A DNA stretch of 64,000 nt, from positions 378,014,001-378,078,000 of the forward strand of contig OZ024743.1 in NCBI GenBank assembly GCA_964016885.1. The letters run 5' to 3'. The stretch is from Eledone cirrhosa (lineage: Eukaryota). A program made the position numbers and the translations under genes. The notes under the pieces are model-generated. The model saw only the letters and a program-made list of their open reading frames with translations, was not told where the DNA came from and searched no databases. Below, one piece after another: positions 34,511-44,733 of this stretch. Numbering within the stretch: position 1 is the stretch's first letter; each line of letters starts with the position of its first letter.

Positions 34511-35858
34511 CAGCAAAAATAAGAAGATGAGAAATAAAATAAGGAAGATTACCTGCTGCCAAGAAAAGAATGTCTTTTAAAAATTCTAAATGATTAAAGT
34601 GATATCCAAGTGGTTTTACCATATTTCTCTCAAACATGTGTCTTTAAAAATAATAACAGACTAAGATTGTATAAACAATCTTTATCTATTTAAATCCAAT
34701 ATGGTAGTTATGTTCAGAACCTAGTTATTATCATTGAAATAATTCAGGCATATTTAAATCTACCATGATAAAACCCCATCAACCGTTTGAGAAATTCTTC
34801 AAAATACAATCCATTTTTGAAGTTCCAGAGAAATTCTATCTACCGTTGTTCAGTCTTATTCCACATTTCATACATTGACTTTTTCTATCCATTTTCCCCC
34901 ATCATCCATTCTATTAAACAGTCTTTGATAATGTTCAGCTTCCTGGTGAATTGCTCTTCCTCTTTATTCTTCACCTTCTTCTTTTCTTTGCTTCTCTCCC
35001 TTTCCTTGTTTTTATTTTTCCTTTGGTCGAAATCCATCTCTACTTTGAGACATCTGTTCTTGCCAACTTCAAGTACTATAATTTTCTAAAGTATTTCCTT
35101 TATTCCAATACATTTCCACGCATTCAATAAAGAATTCTTTATATATATCACTCTCTTTCTGATCAGTTTTTATATAACAATCTCAATCGCTCTCTCCTAT
35201 ACTATGAATAATCAGTTTCAGACTCTCACACAACATTCCATATTTCCTGTATAATATTTCTGAAATTCTAAATTAATGGCTTAAGATCAGCTGTAATGGA
35301 TGCCGCAATACCAATTTCTGTGAAGCTATCAATATAGTAATCGCTTATTCTAGCTATTAAGAAGAGCTTACCGTTTATGGAGAGTCTGGGTGCTTAACAT
35401 AGGGGCAAGAGAAAGAAAGAGATTATATAGTTTGATTTAGCATATCCTTATTCTCAGTTCAAACCTTGCTAAGGTCAATTTAACCCATTATTCAATTGTG
35501 TTCAATTGAATAATGTCATAGATTTTTTTTTGTTATTACACACACATATATAAACATACGTATTTATATATATATTGTTATACTTTGGGTCATGCTGCCA
35601 ATAAAAACACATGCATCTGTTGGTTTTCACTTCACACACACACACATATATGTATATATCAAATGAAAAAAAATGGAGTTAAAGACTTGTGTTAATCCCC
35701 TGTAATTTAATGAGCTCAAGGTAGTAAGAGTAAGTTTTGAATTTCGAGGGGTAGAGAACCACTAGAGTGAAATATATAGAGTCTACGAAAAGTGTGGAAA
35801 ATACATAATAATTGGAAAGGTAAATTAAAATGCACAAACTCACCTTTATAATTATAAA

Positions 35859-35941
35859 ACACCTGGACAGACTCAAAGAAGAGAATGTTTCGCCATAAAC
35901 AGTGTCAGAACCATAACGCCCTAGGGCTTGTCAACAGGTGT
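35859..35941 (-). ncRNA. Type I hammerhead ribozyme motif with U3-A8 core variant
   Basis: Minus strand: ACACCUG-UUGACAA-GCC...GGC-GAAAC...GUC-CAGGUGU. Perfect 7-bp stem I; stems II and III present. Confidence 0.7.
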
Positions 35942-36179
35942 AAAGGTGAATGGCGAAATATTCTCAAAATTCAAAACATACTCTTTTGTGTGTTCTCCTC
36001 TATATATTATATATTATATGTTATATATATATATATATATAACATATATGTATATATATATATATAACAAAGGAAGTGTGGTAAGGAACCAGGTGGACCA
36101 TAACGCACCAGAAATAGCCGTCGAAACGGCTTGAGCTCTGCCATCGGGTTCTTGAACATTTTGATATATATATATATAT

Positions 36180-36345
36180 ATAAGAAGTGACTAAAAGAAT
36201 TGGTATCAGGAATGGTATTTGGCTGTAAAACATATTGCCTTAAAAATTGTCCATTCTAACCCATGCCAATGTGGGATGACAACATAAAAACAATGATAAT
36301 ATATCTAACCCCCCCTCCCCCGCTCTCTCTCTCTATATATATATA
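36180..36345 (+). repeat. Left arm of a ~165-bp inverted duplication (partner 37200-37384)
   Basis: Reverse complement match with about one mismatch outside the simple-sequence runs. Confidence 0.9.
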
Positions 36346-37149
36346 GTCATGACAAAAAACACACAGTCCACGCTGTAATGTGGCCGTGTAGGCATCACGG
36401 TAAAAACCTCCCAGCCCCACACTGTAAATGTGGTTGGTGTTAGGAAGGGCATCCAGCTGTAGAAACCCCACCAGACAGTCCACGCTGTAATGTGGCCATG
36501 TAGGCAACACGGTAAAAACCTCCCAGCCCCACACTGTAAATGTGGTTGGTGTTAGGAAGGGCATCCAGCTGTAGAAAACCCACCAGACAGTCCACGCTGT
36601 AATGTGGCCGTGTAGGCATCACGGTAAAAACCTCCCAGTCCCACACTGTAAATGTGGTTGGTGTTAGGAAGGGCATCCAGCTGTAGAAAACCCACCAGAC
36701 AGTCCACGCTGTAATGTGGCCGTGTAGGCAACACGGTAAAAACCTCCCAGTCCCACACTGTAAATGTGGTTGGTGTTAGGAAGGGCATCCAGCTGTAGAA
36801 AACCCACCAGACAGTCCACGCTGTAATGTGGCCGTGTAGGCATCACGGTAAAAACCTCCCAGCGCCACACTGTAAATGTGGTTGGTGTTAGGAAGGGCAT
36901 CCAGCTGTAGAAAACCCACCACACAGTCCACGCTGTAATGTGGCCGTGTAGGCAACACGGTAAAAACCTCCCAGTCCCACACTGTAAATGTGGTTGGTGT
37001 TAGGAAGGGCATCCAGCTGTAGAAAACCTGCCAGACAGTCCTATGCGAGCAAGACAATCACTCTTGCCTCAAGTGGGAAAACCCCCGTCCAAACCCATGC
37101 AAGCGTGGAACACGGACGTTAAACGTTGATGATGATGATGATGATGAGG

Positions 37150-37153
<4 letters not shown>
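36346..37153 (+). mobile_element. RTE 3' UTR insertion with 6 tandem 112-bp units (36364-37035) and (GAT)n tail
   Basis: Units start at 36364, 36476, 36588, 36700, 36812 and 36924. Tail matches the 29768 copy. Confidence 0.9.
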
Positions 37154-37199
<46 letters not shown>

Positions 37200-37247
<48 letters not shown>

Positions 37248-37384
37248 AGGGGGGGTTAGATATATTATCATTGTTTTTATGTTGTCATCCCACATTGGCA
37301 TGGGTTGGAATGGACAATTTTTAAGGCAATATGTTTTACAGCCAAATACCATTCCTGATACCAATTCTTTTAGTCACTTCTTAT
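37200..37384 (-). repeat. Right arm of the inverted duplication
   Basis: See 36180-36345. Confidence 0.9.
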
Positions 37385-37437
37385 GACACACAGAGACACA
37401 GATTACCTATTCTAAACCAGATATATGCCTGTACCTA

Positions 37438-37470
<33 letters not shown>

Positions 37471-37615
37471 GTATATAACGGGCTGCCCTTTCTAGCAGCT
37501 CGTCCCTCAGAGGCCACTGGTTCACTGCCCTTAAACACGCTGTGACTTCTCTCTCCCACGTGTAGTTGGACGGCCACTTTAAAAATTCTCTTAGTGTTGT
37601 CTGAAATGTATAGCC

Positions 37616-37701
37616 TAACACACGCTGATGAACCTGGGTTATTTTATTTCCGTCAACAACTTAACGGCGAAACAGATCACTTTGGATTTGTACGTGTGTT
37701 A
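37616..37701 (+). ncRNA. Type I hammerhead ribozyme motif (probable Penelope-like LTR remnant)
   Basis: UAACACACG-CUGAUGA-stem II-C-GAAAC-AGAUC/GAUUU-GUA-CGUGUGUUA. 9-bp stem I and 7-bp stem III; A.C mismatch at 10.1-11.1. Confidence 0.72.
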
Positions 37702-37984
37702 TATAGTGATAGAGGTATTTATTTACGCTTTAATTTATATTTTTAATTATCGTGTCTATATTCTGCCTTCCATAGGTTATAGATTCCATACACTGGTGGT
37801 TTTTCCCTGTTTTATTGATGGCGCACTGTATCTCTCTCTAGTGTGTTACCTTTTCAACATATTGTATATATATATATATATATATAAAGCATCGATCGAC
37901 TTTCGTCAAATAGGACCGAGGAAACAATGTTTCCGTTGGTCTTTCCAGTTGCTAGTACTATCTATCGATCACAACTCCAGGTAG

Positions 37985-38072
37985 AAGGAGCAATGTGAAA
38001 TAAAGTGTCTTGCTCAAGGACATAACGCATCACCCAGTCCAAGAATCGAACTCACAACCTCAAGATTGTGAA
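37985..38072 (-). mobile_element. SINE family B fragment
   Basis: Reverse complement of the B box and body. Confidence 0.7.
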
Positions 38073-38453
38073 CATATATATATATATATACACAAATATT
38101 CCAAGTCATGCTGGCAAGCACTCAATGGGTTAAAAGACCAGAGCAATAAACATAGGTTATAAAAGCCATAGATGCCAACCCCCACAGAAAATTCTTCTGA
38201 ACATAGCCGCAGCAAACCAAAGCTGACCTGCCAGCTGACCCCTTAACACCACTACCACTACCAACACAATGGAGGAGGTCAGCTGTACTTAAACAAAAAC
38301 AACTACAACAGATTGTCTTGCCTCAGAAAAATTTCTATATATTCCACTTCCTCAGAGAAATAACAACGCAACCAGGAGCTGGACATATTGTATATTGACG
38401 AAGTAAAACACACTTAAACAACATGTGTACCCGTCTCTACCACACCAATTCGA

Positions 38454-38508
38454 ACTGCCTGAAGATGTCACAGCCAATGATGGCTGTCACCGAAATATAT
38501 ATAGCAGT
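38454..38508 (+). ncRNA. Minimal type I hammerhead ribozyme motif with palindromic stem III
   Basis: ACUGC-CUGAAGA-(ACAGCCA/UGGCUGU hairpin)-GAAA-UAUAUA-UA-GCAGU. Confidence 0.62.
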
Positions 38509-38769
38509 ATACTCTTTTACTCTTTTACCTGTTTCAGCCATCCGGCTGAGGCCATGCTGGGGCACCGCCCTTGGGGGTATATCTATAATTTATAATAAAC
38601 GAAGCCAAATTTTACCTATTTGACTTAATTATTTTACATTACTCCGGAGTAAACAAACCAGCCTGCGTACTTCGTCGAGTGCTCCAATCTGCATACTGAG
38701 GTGTCGGTAAACAACCAACATATACTCAAAATATATATATATACATATATATACATATATATATAAAAT

Positions 38770-39997
38770 TGATGGAAGCTACGGAGTAGGTAGACGCAGA
38801 AAAACCTGGGATGAGGTGATAAAAACTGACCTTGTGCACTTACACCTCTCTAAGACAATGTCACTGGATCGACACCTTTGGCGCTATAATACCCGCCTTT
38901 TCTTACATGCAAACTTAAATCTACAGTCAGTAGGCACCTCTTAACCCAATATACACTGCACCCCACACACCCTGCTCCATCCTCCCACTTCCACCCTTTC
39001 TCTCTAAAGTTATGTTGGTACCACAGAACATCTAGTCCACACTGTAAAGTGATCATGTAGGTGTCACGGCAAAAAGCACCCAGTCCACACTGTAAAGTGA
39101 TCGTGTAGGTGTCACGGCAAAAAGCACCCAGTCCACACTGTAAAGTGGTCGTGTTGGTGTCACGGCAAAAAGCACCCAGTCCACACTGTAAAGTGGTCGT
39201 GTTGGTGTCACGGCAAAAAGCACCCAGTCCACACTGTAAAGTGATTATGTAGGTGTCACGGCAAAAAGCACCCAGTCCACACTGTAAAGTGGTCGTGTAG
39301 GTGTCACGGCAAAAAGCACCCAGTCCACACTGTAAAGTGGTCGTGTTGGTGTCACGGCAAAAAGCACCCAGTCCACACTGTAAAGTGATCATGTAGGTGT
39401 CACGGCAAAAAGCACCCAGTCCACACTGTAAAGTGGTCGTGTTGGTGTCACGGCAAAAAGCACCCAGTCCACACTGTAAAGTGATCATGTAGGTGTCACG
39501 GCAAAAAGCACCCAGTCCACACTGTAAAGTGGTCGTGTAGGTGTCACGGCAAAAAGCACCCAGTCCACACTGTAAAGTGATCATGTAGGTGTCACGGCAA
39601 AAAGCACCCAGTCCACACTGTAAAGTGATCATGTAGGAGACACAGTAAAATGGCTCCCAGTCTACACTGTAAAGTGGTCGTGTAGGTGACACGGCAAAAA
39701 GCACCCAGTCCACACTGTAAAGTGATCATGTAGGAGACACAGTAAAATGGCTCCCAGTCTACACTGTAAAGTGGTCGTGTAGGTGACACGGCAAAAAGCA
39801 CCCAGTCCACACTGTAAAGTGATCATGTAGGAGACACAGTAAAATGGCTCCCAGTCTACACTGTAAATGTGGTTGGTGTTAGGAGGGGCATCTAGCCATA
39901 GAAAACCAGCCAGAAACAGTTCTATACGAGCGACACACGGTCACCAACCAATCTTGCCTCAAGTGGAAGATGGACATTAAACGATGATGATGATGAC
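38770..39997 (+). mobile_element. 5'-truncated RTE LINE whose 3' UTR contains 17 tandem 48/49-bp units (39033-39851)
   Basis: [38 protein letters not shown] end; unit CAGTCCACACTGTAAAGTGGTCGTGTAGGTGTCACGGCAAAAAGCACC; (GAT)n tail. Confidence 0.9.
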
Positions 39998-40004
39998 ATA
40001 ATAA

Positions 40005-40115
40005 TAATTGTTTCTGCTTTTGGCACAAGGCCAGCAATTACCCACCCAGTACATTACTGGTACTTTATTTTATCAACCCCGTATAGATTAAAGGCAAAGT
40101 TAACCTCAGCGGGAT
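40005..40115 (-). mobile_element. SINE family A 3' half
   Basis: Reverse complement of the body. Confidence 0.75.
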
Positions 40116-40794
40116 GATATAATAATAATAAAAGGACAAATTGTTATGTCTTCGTTATGTTTATTGTGTAGTGACGCGTGTTTCGCTATTGATCAGCTAT
40201 ATACACACACATACACACACGCGTGCGTGCACACACAAATACACAAACATATATCAACGCACACACACACACATATAGATACAGCCACGCATACACACAC
40301 ATGCACATGCACACACACACCCACACACACATACATGCACACACGAATATACACACACACACTCAGACACATACATGCATGCATGCACATTAACATACAT
40401 ACACACACACATATTAGCTCAATCATACAACACACAAGTACACACACTTACACACATACACACAACACATCCTCAAAGGTGAAGGTTACTGCACCGAATC
40501 TGGTATTTTCTAGCCTAAGGTCTTTTTAACCAATTGCTTTCAAGACAATGCAAACAGAGAAATAAAAGAATAAATATATAAATGGTTAAATAAAAGACAG
40601 TACAGAATATTGGTAATAATGGAGTGGAATGGAAAATGACCTATTATGAGTGCGATTTCCTTCATTGCTAATATAACCAGTTGATTAGATTCTTGCTAAA
40701 TGGTTGGGTTTTTTATTCATCAGAAAAATATGAATACAAACAGACATTCATAACACCTTGTGGGATTACCTGGACAAAAAAGCAGATGTGACAG

Positions 40795-41390
<596 letters not shown>

Positions 41391-41419
41391 AAGATGTTAC
41401 ATATCTATAGTTTATATAT

Positions 41420-41732
41420 AATGGTTTCTTATATAGGCACAAGGCCAGCAATTTTGGGGGGAGGGAAAAGTCTATGAAATCGATCCCAGTGCGTGACTGG
41501 TACTTTATTTTATCGACCCCGTAAGGATGAAAGGCAAAGTTAACCTCGGCGGGATTTGAGCTCAGATCATAAAGGGCCGTAACTCTATGCGGCAAAGCAT
41601 GGCGGTTTATATATAATTGTTTCTACTTTTGGCACAAGGCCAGCAATTACCCCAGTGCATTACTGGTACTTTATTTTATCGACCCCCGTAAGCATAAAAG
41701 ACAAAGTTAACCTTGGTTGGATTTGAACTCAG
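41420..41732 (-). mobile_element. Two adjacent SINE family A copies
   Basis: Two reverse-complement bodies with B boxes. Confidence 0.8.
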
Positions 41733-41881
41733 TGTGTATGTATGTGTGTATGTATGTGTGTATGTATGTGTGTATGTATGTGTGTATGTATGTGTGGCAG
41801 TTTATATATAATATCATGGTATATTATACGACATGAATAACATGGTGTATACATGCTAGTTTATAGAGACTCTATTCAGAT

Positions 41882-42256
41882 AAGTGTCATGGAAGTGTCA
41901 TGGAAGTGTCATGGAAGTGTCATAGAAGTGTCATGGAAGTGTCATAGAAGTGTCATGGAAGTGTCATGGAAGTGTCATGGAAGTGTCATGGAAGTGTCAT
42001 AGAAGTGTCATGGAAGTGCATGGAAGTGTCATGGAAGTGTCATGGAAGTGTCATGGAAGTGTCATAGAAGTGTCATGGAAGTGCATGGAAGTGTCATAGA
42101 AGTGTCATGGAAGTGTCATAGAAGTGTCATGGAAGTGCATGGAAGTGTCATGGAAGTGCATGGAAGTGTCATGGAAGTGTCATAGAAGTGTCATGGAAGT
42201 GTCATAGAAGTGTCATGGAAGTGCATGGAAGTGTCATAGAAGTGTCATGGAAGTGT
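41882..42256. repeat. 11-bp minisatellite (GAAGTGTCATG)n with GAAGTGTCATA and 10-bp GAAGTGCATG variants
   Basis: About 34 units visible. Confidence 0.95.
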
Positions 42257-42337
42257 TCACATCTTCTACAAAGGAAGGAAAATGGTAGAAATGTTACTAA
42301 AGTTTTTTTGTGTTTCACAGAAAGGTATAATTAAAAA

Positions 42338-43479
42338 TATGTATGTATGTGTGTATGTGTGTATCTATGTGTGTGTATATGTATGTGTGTGTGTATGTAT
42401 GTGTGTGTGCATGTGTATGTATGTATATGTATGTGTGTATGCGTATGTGTATATGTATAAGTATGTGTGTATGTATGTGTGTATATGTGTGTATGTATGT
42501 GTATATGTATGTGTGTATGTGTATGTATGTGTGTATGTATGTATGTGTATATGTATGTATGTGTGTATGTATGTGTGTATGTGTGTATGTATGAGTATAT
42601 GTATGTGTGTATGTATGTGTGTATGTATGTGTATATGTATGTATGTCTGTATGTGTGTATCTATGTGGCTATGTATGTATGCGTGTGTGTATGTATGTAT
42701 GTATGTATGTGTGTATGTGTATATGTATGTGTATGTATGTGTGTATGTATGTGTATGTATGTATGTGTGTATATGTGTGTATGTATGTGTATATGTATGT
42801 GTGTATGTGTATGTATGTGTGTATGTATGTATGTGTATATGTATGTATGTGTGTATGTATGTGTGTATGTGTGTATGTATGTGTATATGTATGTGTGTAT
42901 GTATGTGTGTATGTATGTGTATATGTATGTCTGTATGTGTGTATCTATGTGGGTATGTATGTATGCGTGTGTGTATGTATGTATGTATGTATGTGTGTAT
43001 GTGTATATGTATGTGTATGTATGTGTGTATGTATGTGTATGTATGTATGTATGTATGTGTGTATGTATGTATGTATGTATGTGTGTATCTATGTGTGTGT
43101 GTATGTATGTGTGTATGTATGTGTATATGTATGTGTATGTATGTGTGTTGTGTGAGTGTGTGTGTAATTATATATATATATACATACACACACACACACA
43201 CACATATATACATGTGTGTATGTATGTATATATATTTGAGTGTGTATGTATGAATGTGTATAATTATATATACACATACATATATAACTCTAACATCATT
43301 ATCATTTAATGTCCATTCTCCCTACAAGCAAGGGTATAAGTATATATATATTGACACACATTTATATATATATATATATATACACATGCATATACATACA
43401 TTTATACATATACATATATATACATATATATATATATATACACATGCATATACATACATATATACATATACATATATAT

Positions 43480-43554
<75 letters not shown>

Positions 43555-43580
43555 TACATATACATATACACACACACACA
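42338..43580. repeat. (TG/TATG)n then (TA/CA)n microsatellite
   Basis: Directly visible. Confidence 0.95.
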
Positions 43581-44138
43581 TTTATATTGTTGTGAGAACT
43601 GTTTCTATTGTGTGTATATCATCACAGTGTGATTAATTGTAGTATTGATTTCAAGAAGATATTATTCTCAGCCACAAATAATAACACTTATCATAGATAC
43701 TCAAGTAAACCACTGTAACCGCTTGTCTTGCATCTGCTTCCAAACAGCTGCTTTTTTCTCTAGTACATTCCCTCTGTTCAGAGAATAAGAAGAAGCATCA
43801 ATGTTTACAGAAATACTCTCATCATTTACAATGGTTCAACATCTGTAGTGAAACACAAGCAGAAAATTATCAGAATCTAGCAGAAAATGTATTACAATAT
43901 TTCCTTTCTTTTTTCAAAAGTGAAAAAATAAATCTAACAAAAAACTGTGTCTCACCTGTTTTTGAAAACTAATAAAAATAATTTTAAAAAACAAAAAAAC
44001 AGGACAACTAACCCCCAAAACAAAACAGAAAAAGGTTATATTGTGTCTCATCTGTTTTTGAAAATTATAAAGGGATATTAAGTTTGCAGACTATTCAATT
44101 TTTTATTTTTACTATTTAGTTAGTATATATATATACAT

Positions 44139-44191
<53 letters not shown>

Positions 44192-44670
44192 AAAGTTATA
44201 TTTAATTTGTTGGGACTATCCAGAGAATTTTCAACCGTCAAGGTTGTTTTTCCGCGGGTATGTCAACATTTATAAAACAAATTTAGTATTTTATCTGATG
44301 AAAGCGCACCAAAATTTGCCTAGGTTGCCCTTGAAATATATATAATAAAATAATTATGGTTTTATAAATATAGTTTCCATTTATAAATATATTGTATATA
44401 TATATGCAGTTTTCAACTAGCAATAACCACACCCCAGATAACCCTCATTGGCTATGGTACTGTCTCTCTCTATATGTATGTGTCTGTGTTAAACTTTGAG
44501 AAGCTGATATGTCATATGCAAAATATTGGAATTCAAATTCTACAAAAAAAAAATACGCCGGATTAGCAGTTCTAGGTGTGCTCACTTACATATTAACGAA
44601 ACATGTCAGTCACTTAATAGATGTTAATCCTTCAATTGCAAAATATTGGTGTATTCATGTGATTTATTAA

Positions 44671-44724
<54 letters not shown>

Positions 44725-44733
<9 letters not shown>

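Noticed and set aside
36256-37057. Repeated [12 protein letters not shown] ORFs as a gene family
   Set aside because: Antisense translations of the RTE 3' UTR unit.
37888-37975. Palindromic island (atcgatcga, ggaaacaatgtttcc) as a ribozyme
   Set aside because: No recognisable catalytic core; likely a TE fragment.
39033-39851. CRISPR-like array or 16-aa repeat protein (ORF 38850-39713)
   Set aside because: Contiguous tandem units without unique spacers, no cas genes, eukaryotic context. The ORF is antisense to the LINE and open only because 48 is divisible by 3.
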